Source: Ignavibacteriota bacterium
Lineage (GTDB): Bacteria > Bacteroidota > Ignavibacteria > UBA10030
Assembly: GCA_963701295.1 (NCBI GenBank)
Contig: OY969585.1
Location: 1,696,001-1,760,000, forward strand
Direction of reading: 5' to 3'
Length of the DNA: 64,000 nucleotides
Shown here: piece after piece, positions 1 through 10,555 of the stretch
Layout: every line of letters begins with the position of its first letter
How positions within the stretch are numbered: position 1 is the stretch's first letter
Position numbers and translations under genes: made by a program
Notes under the pieces: model-generated
What the model was told of the DNA's origin: nothing
Database searches by the model: none
Seen by the model: the letters and a program-made list of their open reading frames with translations, nothing else

Positions 1-399
1 AATAGAGAATTCCGGAATGATCGTTCATTCAGGATATTGAAAAACACGGAGAGATGCAAATGACTCTAAGTAAATAACATAATTTTGCTAGCCATCATAT
101 TCCTACAAAGCCAAAATTCTTTTTGACTAAAGCGTTGTAATTGATCAGATGGAGGGAAGATTAGATTACGATGCTGTCATTGTCGTTTAAGAAGAATTCC
201 AATGTGTTATTCCAATCGGGATTAGTCTAAAATATTTGTCGTGGAGCCCTTTTTTCCCGTGGTTATAATTTCTTTAATCAGAGTTATGGAGATACTTTAT
301 ACTAGTTCGAACCACTATTGCTTTGTATGCCAGAGTGGAATCCAGCGGTTGCCTGCAACTTTGAAGAGAATTTTCTTATTGTAATTTGTGAATATCTGT

Positions 400-951
400 T
401 TATTCCAGTTTGAAAGCCACAGTTAATGAAAAATTTAATGTGTCATCACACTTGATCCCCAGCAAGGAGGGCCGCTCTACTTTGAAATCAGTTAAGCTGA
501 GATCAAAATAACCTTGCACTTCAAGTCTGTTTGGTGACCATTGTGTTATCGCTGCTATCATGATGTCTTTTGTGATGCCGTGAAATGTGAGTTTTCCCAT
601 CGCTTTAAGACTGTCGCCATTCTGAACAATGGAAGTGCTTGAGAATATCACATCAGGATATGTGATTGCATCGATCACTTCCATTGCGTGCGAGTCGCGA
701 TTTGAATTACCACTGTTGAAAGTCGTGACATCTATTTGTACCGACACCGTTTTAATTTCTTTCTTTGCAGGGTTGATTTCAATGCGGCAGTCTATTTCTT
801 TGCTTGTACTTTCCATATGATGGAGTGGATGTGAGAGCAAGTACGTCACCGATGTCTCATTTTTGCTGCACTCAATTGACTTCGTTTGGCCAACAGCACA
901 AGATAGCGCCAGAAGCATCCATCCGAAAATAAATACTGTTTTTGTTTTCAT
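400..951 (-). CDS. YceI-family lipid/polyisoprenoid-binding protein, secreted
   Basis: 183 aa with signal peptide; YceI motifs FNSGNSNRDSH, YPDVIFSS, GKLTFHGITK, LTDFKV. Confidence 0.9.
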   Translation of the reverse strand: MKTKTVFIFGWMLLALSCAVGQTKSIECSKNETSVTYLLSHPLHHMESTSKEIDCRIEINPAKKEIKTVSVQIDVTTFNSGNSNRDSHAMEVIDAITYPDVIFSSTSIVQNGDSLKAMGKLTFHGITKDIMIAAITQWSPNRLEVQGYFDLSLTDFKVERPSLLGIKCDDTLNFSLTVAFKLE

Positions 952-961
952 CGTGTTCCTC

Positions 962-1637
962 TTAGAATGTTATGACGATTAATGATGCCGTCAGCGCCGC
1001 GGCGGTGATATATGCGGATGCCTGATGGAAATGTGCGGTTTGGGATGATGTGGCACGACGACTGATCAATGTGCCGAGTATTGGGGTTATGATCATTCCT
1101 GTAAAGTGAACCCAAGCGAGTGCTTTATGAATCGTTATCGGTACTAACTTCGTCTCGGCGAATCATTGGAGGCGGCGAAAGTACCGAAAGCAATCCGGTC
1201 GCTGAATATGATACGATCGTTGCAGTTACAAAAAGTTGATGGTTGCTGCGATAGCTTTTTGCATTGTTGCCGTTAATCATCTTTTGACCGTAATAGATTG
1301 CGGTATACATGCTTCCAAGCGTTATTACCCCACCTATGAGGTGAGCGGTAAGCATGCCGCGGCGGAGACTGAGTTCACTCTTGCGTACTTCCGGTGTCAG
1401 CGGAGAAGCCAAACCCATGTTTCTGAAAAGACCATCTTCATCCCATAGATATTTTTCCATAAAGCTTGCATTCGTTGGAATCAATTTGCGTTTTGGAGGT
1501 CGTGAAAGAGAATCGGGCGGTGTGTCCGGCAGGCCAAACAACAGTTGGTTTCTCAAAGAAGGTTGGAATACAAATTCTTGAGCTTGTAGGTTTTGCATGC
1601 AGATGATAACAATTGTGCATACAAGATAGGGTTTCAT
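962..1637 (-). CDS. Four-helix membrane protein with four His, cytochrome-b-like; +1 frameshift near 1140
   Basis: ORF 1125..1637 continues in the next frame as ITIHKALAWVHFTGMIITPILG...HFHQASAYITAAALTASLIVITF* (stop 962-964), ending just before yceI. His occur in TAHLIGG, SNHQLF, TIHKAL and FHQAS. Confidence 0.7.
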
Positions 1638-1770
1638 TGTTCACCTTTCCGATGAGTGATGAATAGTATACTTCAATTAAAGGGCTTATATAATTACCTT
1701 AGAACAACCGAATCACATCGAAAATATTGATGGAAGTGTGTCGTTCAAACAAAACAACATAAAAAGAAGT

Positions 1771-2288
1771 CTAGTCCCTATAAATCGCCATTGTGCCGAT
1801 ATCATCATGGCGAATCATGAAGGCGGCGAAAACAATTCGAGCAAACCTGTTACTGAATATGAGATGACGGTTGTTATTTCAAAGAGTTGACGGTCTTCGC
1901 GATATTTTCTATTATTATTGCCGTCAATCATCTTCTGACCGTAATAAGTAGCTGTTATAATGGATCCCAAGGTTACAAGTCCGCCAATGAGGTTTGCGGT
2001 AGGCACCGCGGATTGTAGAGATAGTTCATTCCTCGGCGCACCCGCTGTCAGCGGAGAAGCTAAATCCATATTCCTGAAAAGACAATCTTCATCCCACAAA
2101 ACTCCTCCCATAAAACTCACATCTGTTGGCATGAATCTGTGCTTAGATGCTGATGGAATAGAATTGATGCCTGCGTCCGGCGGCCCATAAAGTAATTGGT
2201 CACTCAAAGATGGCTGGAATGCAGATTCTTGAGCTCGCAAGTTCTGCATATAGAAAATAACCACTGCACATAAAAGATAGAGTTTCAT
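1771..2288 (-). pseudogene. Degenerate tandem paralog of the 962..1637 membrane protein
   Basis: Near-colinear similarity (LWDEDCLFRNMDLASPLT vs LWDEDGLFRNMGLASPLT). A 1-nt deletion follows SPP, then MIRHDDIGTMAIYRD* with stop at 1771-1773. His residues are substituted. Confidence 0.7.
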
Positions 2289-2595
2289 AAATAACCTCAC
2301 AAATGAGTGATGCGGAATTTATTCTTCTATCAACTGTAGGCTCTTTGTTCCTTTCTCATCCCCTTTGCAGATTATTCAGTATGAACTTGATGTACTTTAT
2401 TAAACACAGCGGAAGTTGTGTACGTTCCAGTTATTTTATTTATCAAGCCGTTATTATTATTTAAGAATGTTCGAATTATATTAAAGAATCCGATCTATAT
2501 TCATCACGATGACTGTTTTTCTTCCATTTGCTCGTGTCCGATAATTCTCATAAGGCGTAATAAAACAAATTTGCCACTTCAACCGAAAAGTACCT

Positions 2596-4803
2596 TTAAT
2601 GTCTTCCTTCATCTTTGTTTGTACCGCGTTTCGGTGCAGTCCGAGGAGGAGGCAGTGCCCTAGGACTTGAAGTACGTTCGGCTGCACGCTGGCGCACTTC
2701 GCTGTCATGGACTGCTGCTTGTTTTGCTGGTGCCTCGGGTGCATTTTTCCATGTATTTTGATCACGTTGCTGCCAGCCTTGAGAAGTTCTTCGCAAGACA
2801 CTGCCGTCCGGGGCTGCATAAACATTATTCTCTGTTGACGAAGAGTGCGTCACGATTCGTGGTGTGGGTCTTGAAATCGCTCGCGGCATAGGTTGTGCAA
2901 CAGGAGATGTTACAGGCGTGACAATCGGGCGAACTTCGGGTGCAGTCGTCCTTGTTACTTCTCTTACAGGCATTGGCGTCTCACTCACCAACGGTCGTCT
3001 TATGCCGGATCCTCTAAGGTCGTAGAGAGTTGCAGCGCGCTGTATACCGGAAGTACGTCTTACATCATTCGATGTTCTCCCAACCGGTGCGCTCGCTATT
3101 GCTTGGCGATACACTGGATGGTACCCTTCACGATATACTGGTCTTGCAGCTGGACGGTATACCGGATGGTATTCTGCTGGACCCCACCATCCTGCATGCT
3201 CAACTCTTGGTTGGCGTGCGAACCATCCATGTGGCTGCCCCCAACCTGCTCCGAAAGACCAGCCTGACCACGGATCGTAGTGAACATTGAATCCCCACGT
3301 CCACGGCCGTGGATAATATGCATGCCTGTACCATGGATGATAATTGTATCCCGTTCCGTACACAACCGTCCTGCCATAAACATAACATCCAGTGTAACCT
3401 GCGGTATAACCGACATAAACAATATCGGGAGTATAGGTGTACACGCGAACATAGCGGACACAGTATATAGGATAACGAGGTGGAATTGTATAAATAACAT
3501 CAGGAACGCTGATACAGACTTCCCACGGACCATAGGGAGTCGCACTTTCAAACCATACTCCTTTATCACAGTCGTAAAACCGTCCATTGACGTGAATGAC
3601 TGCAGTCGATGTATTTACGGCGTAATCCATTCCCGTGTTCTCAATCGGTTCAAATTGCGGATCTCCGTCGTATTCAACCTGAGTTGTTGTTTGCAAGCGG
3701 TCCACCTCTGCCATTTGAGGAATCTGCGCATCAAAGACAGCTTCTTTTGCCGGCACTGTTCCGGCGACATTCGCGAGTACATCATCGCGCTCTGATCCGG
3801 GAGGAATTTTTTTGAAATCACCAGGAAGCTTTTCAGATGCAATGAACGTCCACGGGCCCGTCAATCTCTTTGCCATGTACCATCGTCCGGAGATAAGGAT
3901 GAAGTACTGCTGAGTATCAATTTCAAGAAACACCCGGCTTGGAGTATTGCTCGCATAAAGAAGTCCAGTTCCCTGGATAGGTGCAAGCTGCATAGGACCG
4001 TCGGTGGCAATCAATTCAGTCGGTTCTGTGCTCACGATAATCTCCGGCACTTTTCCGGTTTTCGACACAATATCGTTTGTCGTCGAATCTTCATCCGATT
4101 CTTCGTCGGATTTCAATTGCTCGAAAAGATCGACAACAGATTGTGGGGAAGTATCTGCTTGTTGCCAGGGTCCCCTGATCATCTTTGCACTAAACCAAAA
4201 ATCTCCTCCGTGAAGATAGAACGTATTGCTGGTAAAATCCTGAACCAAAAAATACGGTGTATTGATAACGCGCTTCAGTGATGTTCCGTTGTTATCACTG
4301 AGAATTGGATCGCCGTCAATCCGAACGAGCACAGCAGGATGATCCATCACAATGATCTTGGGTGGAATCAATTCAAGTTCACGAGCGGTTTCCCGCTCTT
4401 TCTGTGCCGTCTCAACACTTACGAGAAGCAGGTCGAGAGAAAAAGTGAGATCAAATCGTGGTATCATCTCTTCCAATGCTGCAGCAATCTTTGCTGTGTC
4501 CGCATCTGTTTCTGAAGGGAATCTAATCCTTCGCACTTCCATCCCTTCGAGCTTCACCGTACGTGTCGGGCGGTCAGTCATGACTTTGCAATCCACCCAG
4601 ATGGCTCCGAAGATCGGCTCATCCTTCCCGTTGGGGATGATGGAAACGGCGGCGCGGGCTTTCAGAGAATTTCCCGAGTACGATTCAATCTGAGGTTGGT
4701 ACATTGTAATTGTGCCTTCAGAACTCAGTACCTCGCGGGGCCAGTCGTCTGCATAGAGAAATGTTGTCCAGCAAGTTATGAATGCGATGAGTAAGTATTT
4801 CAT
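2596..4803 (-). CDS. Secreted uncharacterised protein with three GxW..GPW repeats and a Pro/Arg-rich tail (family often labelled 'carbohydrate-binding family V/XII')
   Basis: 735-aa ORF with signal peptide and AGGAGA RBS; internal repeats, a Tyr/Gly/Trp-rich segment and a low-complexity C-terminus. Confidence 0.75.
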   Translation of the reverse strand: MKYLLIAFITCWTTFLYADDWPREVLSSEGTITMYQPQIESYSGNSLKARAAVSIIPNGKDEPIFGAIWVDCKVMTDRPTRTVKLEGMEVRRIRFPSETDADTAKIAAALEEMIPRFDLTFSLDLLLVSVETAQKERETARELELIPPKIIVMDHPAVLVRIDGDPILSDNNGTSLKRVINTPYFLVQDFTSNTFYLHGGDFWFSAKMIRGPWQQADTSPQSVVDLFEQLKSDEESDEDSTTNDIVSKTGKVPEIIVSTEPTELIATDGPMQLAPIQGTGLLYASNTPSRVFLEIDTQQYFILISGRWYMAKRLTGPWTFIASEKLPGDFKKIPPGSERDDVLANVAGTVPAKEAVFDAQIPQMAEVDRLQTTTQVEYDGDPQFEPIENTGMDYAVNTSTAVIHVNGRFYDCDKGVWFESATPYGPWEVCISVPDVIYTIPPRYPIYCVRYVRVYTYTPDIVYVGYTAGYTGCYVYGRTVVYGTGYNYHPWYRHAYYPRPWTWGFNVHYDPWSGWSFGAGWGQPHGWFARQPRVEHAGWWGPAEYHPVYRPAARPVYREGYHPVYRQAIASAPVGRTSNDVRRTSGIQRAATLYDLRGSGIRRPLVSETPMPVREVTRTTAPEVRPIVTPVTSPVAQPMPRAISRPTPRIVTHSSSTENNVYAAPDGSVLRRTSQGWQQRDQNTWKNAPEAPAKQAAVHDSEVRQRAAERTSSPRALPPPRTAPKRGTNKDEGRH

Positions 4804-5126
4804 TATATTTCTCCTTTTTGTCTTAGACTGTAGCGAACTGTCAGTTAAAATTTCGATCTATCAATGTCCGATCAACCATTCTAAAGGTACGACGTATGAG
4901 ACAACAAAAAGGTGCCAATAAATTGGCTTACTTTCCAGTTTTTCATTGTCAATCCGGTGTGTCCGTTATGCGGATCTGTTTTTTGGCCGTTCTCTGATGT
5001 ATCGATTTTCTCAAATCGTTTCAGCGCGGTCTTTTCGGATGGATGCCATCAATGCAGCCGACTGAGTTCAATCCTAAATGACCAGTCATGTTAATCAAAA
5101 GGTAAAATCTGTAGATAAAAAATCTT

Positions 5127-5966
5127 CTAACGTACAACAATCCGTTTCGAGTCGATAGCATACGCTGCAAAGTACCCTAGTGCGCCACCGCTGATATTCG
5201 TGTTAGGATTTGCCGGTGCGAGCGACGTTGGGCTTTGGTCGGATGTAAGAATATCGGCAAGCGTGTGGAAGTAGTCATAGGTTGCTTTGTCAATCGACAA
5301 CAAATCTATCGTGATCGTGTCGCCAGGATTGACATTTCTCCCTGCGCGGATTCTCACGGCCATTTCATTGCCATTTGTTAATTTGTCTGTGTAAAGACGG
5401 TACCTGCGCCCGTCAATTGAATCCGCAGGAATCAGGGCACTTGATTTAGCGTTGACCCGATAGTAGTTGCCCAACGCCGGAGGGTCTCTAAACACGACGT
5501 AAATATCGTATCCCTTGTCACCATCGAACCCCTGTCTCGGCACGTCATACAGAGAATCAATAAAAACCTTTGTCGGCATAGATGACGTTGCATCGTATTC
5601 TTTACCTTTTACAACTACCGACAGTTGATAGCTATTGCCGGGCACGCCCTGTACGGTTGAAGTCTGATATGTTCCACTTACTACTTCTTTCAATGTATCG
5701 CGATGTCCCATATCATCGGACATAATAATGAGTGCATTGGAAACCGGCGGAAAATACAACGATGGCGTAAAGTAATCTCCGGTCATGCTGAGGAGGACAG
5801 AGTATGGACCAGGATGATCCTGAACGACACCGTCAATGACAATGTTCGGTGAATTTTGGTTCAAATTAATCGAAACAACTTCCTGGCAAGATGTAATGCC
5901 ACATGCCGTCGCTGCCAGGATGATGAAAAGTGTTAGGCGATTTATGAACATTGCGTTTGATCTCAT
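5127..5966 (-). CDS. DUF4249-family lipoprotein
   Basis: Lipobox GITSC; FRDPPALGNYY; C-terminal NPNTNISGGALGYF. Lies directly downstream of a TonB receptor. Start is 5966 or 5951. Confidence 0.85.
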   Translation of the reverse strand: MRSNAMFINRLTLFIILAATACGITSCQEVVSINLNQNSPNIVIDGVVQDHPGPYSVLLSMTGDYFTPSLYFPPVSNALIIMSDDMGHRDTLKEVVSGTYQTSTVQGVPGNSYQLSVVVKGKEYDATSSMPTKVFIDSLYDVPRQGFDGDKGYDIYVVFRDPPALGNYYRVNAKSSALIPADSIDGRRYRLYTDKLTNGNEMAVRIRAGRNVNPGDTITIDLLSIDKATYDYFHTLADILTSDQSPTSLAPANPNTNISGGALGYFAAYAIDSKRIVVR

Positions 5967-5979
5967 AGGACACCACAAA

Positions 5980-8303
5980 TCAGAAAGTGAAATTATATGT
6001 GACGGATGGAATGATCGGGAAGATTGTTGTTTGCACAGCTTGGGTATTGTTGGGATTGTTGGGGTCCTGACGGAATTCAATCGAATATGCGTTCATCCGG
6101 TCATAGGCATTATAGATAGAAAAATTCAAATTGGAGTGCGGTCCCAATTTCCAGGTGGCAGATAGGTCCAGACGATGATAGGCCGGCATGCGGTACCCAT
6201 TTCGTTGCGTGTAATAGGGAACCAATCGTCCATCGACATAATAGTTTCCGTTCGGAAACGTCACAGCATTTCCTGTGTTGTAGACCCACGTGGCCGAGAA
6301 ATTCCACGTACTGGAATAATCATAAATGAAAACGACAGAGATATCGTGCGTCCTGTCTTGTCTCGCGGGAAAGGGCTGGTCATTGTTGATTTGCGCAAAC
6401 TGTTCCTCTGATCTGGAAAGAGTGTATCCAATCCAGCCGCTGATCGGACCATATCGTTTCCTCATAAGGAACTCCGCCCCGTAACTCCACGCCCTGCCAT
6501 AGAGAAGAAGAGCCTCGACATTGGGATTGAGTTGAAGATCCGCGCCATTTTTATAATCGATGACGTTATGCATGTTCTTGTAATACACTTCGAAGGAAGA
6601 TTCAAACGCGTTGTCGCCGAAATTTCTGAAGTATCCGAGTGTTCCTTGATCGGCATATTGCGGTGCCACATTGTTGCTGCTAGGAACCCACAGATCGCTT
6701 GGGTTCGTTGAAGTAGAATTGGAAAGGAGGTGAAGGTATTGTGTGGTCCTTGTGTAAGACGCTTTGATGGAGCTTGTTTCATCTAAGCAGAAAATTCATG
6801 GAGAGACGCGGCTCAAGATTCGTATATGTTTTGATAAATTTCCCCGAAGGAGTACGTTGCGGTATCGATGACATTTCCATCTTGATCGTACGAATAGATA
6901 TGGCCGGGGCCCAACAGGCTAAACGTAGAGAACCTCAAACCATAATTAACCTTGAGATCGGGGAGCACATTCAGTTCGTGTGAGAAATAGATTCCGTTTT
7001 CCAGACCATATCGATGCTCAAGATTGAGGCTATTTGTTCCACTTGACGTTGTTGCCGTGACGGAGCCTGGCATGAATGTGTGATACATAGAGTTGATGCC
7101 AAATTTTAATGTGCTTTGCGAATTCGTGAAATATTGAAAATCCATTTTGAAATTCAGGTCTTGTATGCCCGATGAAATTTGAGATTGGCTAGTGCTGGTT
7201 TCATCAGAGCTGCTGTAGTTGTAGTCGCTCACAATGAATGATGTATTGGAAAAAAGGTGATCTCCAAAAATATGATTCCAGCGTAAGGTCGCGGTGGTGT
7301 TTCCCCAGTTGAATCCGAAATAATTAGGGTAGTCGAAGTTGTCTCTTCCAAAATAACCGGAAAGAAAAACGCGATCCTTGTCTCCAAGCGTATAGTTTGC
7401 TTTCATATTGAGATCATAAAAGTACACACTTGCCCGGTTAATCATCGTGTCTTTGGATAATCTCAGGAAAATATCTACATATGTTCGCCTTGCGGAGATA
7501 ATAAACGATCCCTGATCCTTGACGATCGGGCCGTTCAACATGAGTCTCGAATCAATCAACCCGATTCCTCCTGAACCTCCGAATTCTTTCATGTTCCCAT
7601 CGTTTGTCCGAATATCGATGACCGAAGAGAGTCGTCCACCGTATTCGGAGGGCATACCACCCGTTATAACTTCCACATCCTTGATGGCGTCGGCATTGAA
7701 TACGGACAAGTATCCCAGAAGATGGGATGGATTGTAGACGGGGGCTTCATCCAAGACGATCAGATTCTGATCAATACCGCCTCCTCTCGCATAAAATCCG
7801 GTACTTCCCTCTCCTGCTGATTTCACGCCCGGAAGCAGCTGAATCGTTTTCAGAATATCCTTTTCTCCTAATAACACGGGGATAGATTTTATTTCATCTA
7901 TTTCAATTTTTTGGGCACTCACCTCCGTTGACGTAATATTTGCATTCGTCCTCTCACCCGATATCACCACTTCACCGACTTTGATAGGCTGGGGAAGAAG
8001 ATTAAAATTTACTATTTGATTATGGTCGAGTACAATGGTATCGGCTGCTGTTTTAAATCCGAGATACTGTACCAGCATTGTGTATGTTCCCAGCGGAAGC
8101 GTAAGAGAATAAAAACCGTACGCATTTGAAACGACTCCCACACCTGACAGCTCTTTTACGACAACTGCGGCGCCTATAAGAGCCTCGCCGGTTTCACCGT
8201 TTTTGACGGTCCCGCTCATTGTTTGTTTCGTCTGTGTGAATGTAATACTGCTGGGGAAATGGAGAAGAAAAAGTGTTGTAATGATTACAGCGGGAATCTT
8301 CAT
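5980..8303 (-). CDS. TonB-dependent receptor with N-terminal CarboxypepD_reg-like domain; two +1 frameshifts (~6845, ~6785)
   Basis: Plug motifs LLPGVKSAGEG, RGGGIDQNL, YGGRLSSV. ORFs 6813..8303 and 5980..6669 join through KFIKTYTNLEPRLSMNFL / ETSSIKASYTRTTQYLHLLSN. Ends PSVTYNFTF. Confidence 0.85.
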
Positions 8304-8609
8304 ATGTTAATCAACGTTATTGGAGAGAATTTTGTTCCCGTCGACAGGAGAGTTCGTGTAATGCTGGGGTGTCGACGAGTGTCACGAAAATTTTATCGCG
8401 CTTATGATATGAAGCAATGTCATGAAGAGGAATACCGAAGATGTTCTGTTCTGCTGTAGCATGAACTCCCACAATGAACGGGAGTACGTGCAGAGAAGGG
8501 ATGGTGCATAATTTATAAAATATCTGCCGGGTGAATGGGTTTTCTAACCATTCGAGATGAAACCGGCGGATACATCAAAGCTCGTTCTATCAGAGATGAT
8601 CTCGGAATC

Positions 8610-8642
8610 CTAAGGTCTGAATCGAAACATATCAGACCTTAG
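8610..8642 (-). terminator. Hairpin downstream of the 8667..9078 gene
   Basis: 11-bp inverted repeat ctaaggtctga / tcagaccttag about 25 nt past the stop; no clear U-tract. Confidence 0.45.
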
Positions 8643-8666
8643 CATCATCCGTAATAAGCAATTGAC

Positions 8667-9078
8667 TTACTTTGTATACTTAAATCCCCACCAACTGCTT
8701 TTTCTGCCTTCTTTCCCATCGGGACCCACGGCCCAGACTCTCCAGCGCCCAGATTGTTTACCCACAAAATCAAACTTATAGATTGTAGCTGTACCTGTCG
8801 ATGTTAGTGCTAATGGTTCCCATTTTGTATCATGCATATTCAACTTCAACCATGTAACTTGCTGCCCCCTTCACTGGACTCCATCGCAATGCGGTGTGGC
8901 GGGGAAAATTATGAAAAGCTGTCCCCGAAGTTGGGGAAACCATAGATGGAGGGCGGAGAACAACTGGCCTTTCCACCTTAACCGTTCGTTCCTGTGCCGA
9001 TCCGAAGGAAATAAATAAAATTGAAGTCGTGATGATAGAGAGTGCGACTATTTTTATTTGGCTCTTGATTTTTCTCAT
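8667..9078 (-). CDS. Small secreted FN3-like beta-sandwich protein; +1 frameshift near 8833
   Basis: Signal peptide plus LRWSPVKGAASYMVEVE joins DTKWEP...FVGKQSGRWRVWAVGPDG...WWGFKYTK* in the adjacent frame. Confidence 0.65.
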
Positions 9079-9457
9079 TTGTTGGTTCTTCCGGTCTCAA
9101 TGTTTTATGTCGTTGAAAAAATGTTTTGCGATCACTTTCACATCCTTATTTAATTCAGGAAGGAATGAATTATAAGTTATAATAATTATGATACCGTATG
9201 ATTCCTATCATCGGTAGAATTTATTTTGGAAAATGAAATCGATAGGATGCCTCATCATAACACTGGAAATCTCGCAAGTGAAATAACTGTGAATAAAATA
9301 TGCAAGAGATCAATAAAACGCAAGTATGCCGAGGAAAATAAAAACTTACAGCAACGCAAACAATAAATGAAAGAACTTGACAACCATTATTCATTTCCCT
9401 ATTATTTATTTCAGTATCTTTATCCATCTATTCTCATTACTCAACAGGAGGTATGTT

Positions 9458-10171
9458 ATGAAGGGTAAATATTCGGTTATCATCTTAGTCGGCGTGATTC
9501 TTTTCGCAGCAACTGTTCTTTTAACGCAAGGAGCCATTGCCAATATCACCGTCAATCAAACCGTTGATAAAATCACCATCAAGGGCGATAAGGGTAAAGG
9601 AATCGCTTCTGATAAATTCGCGCTCAGCAAAGACGGATGGTATATTATTAAGATTTCGTACACAGGAGCCGCTTACAGTGTTTGCCAGCTTTCACTTGTC
9701 ACACAGAAAATGATTACTGACAAACAAACAATCGGCGGCGGAATGTTAACTAACTGGATAGGGCCGAATACGACCGAGAAAATCCCGCATAAAGGATTGG
9801 TAAAGTCCGAAGATTATGTGATCTATGTGGTAGATGCTGGAGGACCGTGGACTGTCGAGATTTTAAAGAGCCCGAAGCCCTCACCGGTATCCACCAGCAC
9901 TACCTTCAGTGGTACTACGGATAAAGTGTCACCTTTCTTCCACCTGAAGAAGGGATCTGCAAAATTTACGATGCACCAGAAACTGAAAGGCAAATTCTCT
10001 TCGCGCCTTGAGGTCGACCTGATCAATGCTGATACAGGTGCTTTTATGAGTTACCTATGCCACAATGCAATCGAACCTACACAGATGGCGAAGGTAGACA
10101 TACCGGTAGCCGGCAACTATATACTTGAGGTTTCTGGCGGCGACAACTGGGATGTATCGTACACCCAGTAA
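9458..10171 (+). CDS. Secreted hypothetical protein with two tandem beta-sandwich repeats
   Basis: AGGAGG RBS before ATG 9458; signal peptide; two halves ending YVIYVVDAGGPWTVEI and YILEVSGGDNWDVSY. Confidence 0.75.
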   Translation: MKGKYSVIILVGVILFAATVLLTQGAIANITVNQTVDKITIKGDKGKGIASDKFALSKDGWYIIKISYTGAAYSVCQLSLVTQKMITDKQTIGGGMLTNWIGPNTTEKIPHKGLVKSEDYVIYVVDAGGPWTVEILKSPKPSPVSTSTTFSGTTDKVSPFFHLKKGSAKFTMHQKLKGKFSSRLEVDLINADTGAFMSYLCHNAIEPTQMAKVDIPVAGNYILEVSGGDNWDVSYTQ

Positions 10172-10555
10172 ATATTCGAGTATGAGCTGATGGCATAAAA
10201 GAAAAGTGAAACAATAATGTAAGATTACGTAATTTTTTTATTTTCGTAACCTTTATTATTTAACACCTCGCGTACCAAAAGAGGGTTGAAAGTCATTAAG
10301 GCTAAATGGACGAAAATCCCGATCAGTTATTAGCGATCTCGGGATTCTTCTTGAGTCCTTGTAGCAGGGCGCGCTATTTTGTTCAGTCACAACTCCTTTA
10401 ATCAATTTTCTTTTCCTTCTTTGTTTTTTTCATTTCTATCTTGATGGTCTTTCCATTAACGCTTAAAACAATTCTTTTATTTTATTCCCCACCGTAACCT
10501 AAACTTCATAAGTGACATCGGGATACTTTAATATATCTGATGAAGTATAAGTGAA

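Noticed and set aside
1-110. Possible minus-strand gene start (AGGA then ATG ATG GCT AGC)
   Set aside because: Stops after about 10 codons, and no alternative frame gives a recognisable protein.
2418-4693. Many overlapping short ORFs inside the 735-aa gene
   Set aside because: Antisense or alternate-frame shadows with no motifs or RBS.
6462-6782. 106-aa ORF between the two TonB-receptor fragments
   Set aside because: Wrong frame; the real bridge lies in the frame of 5980..6669 upstream of its annotated start.
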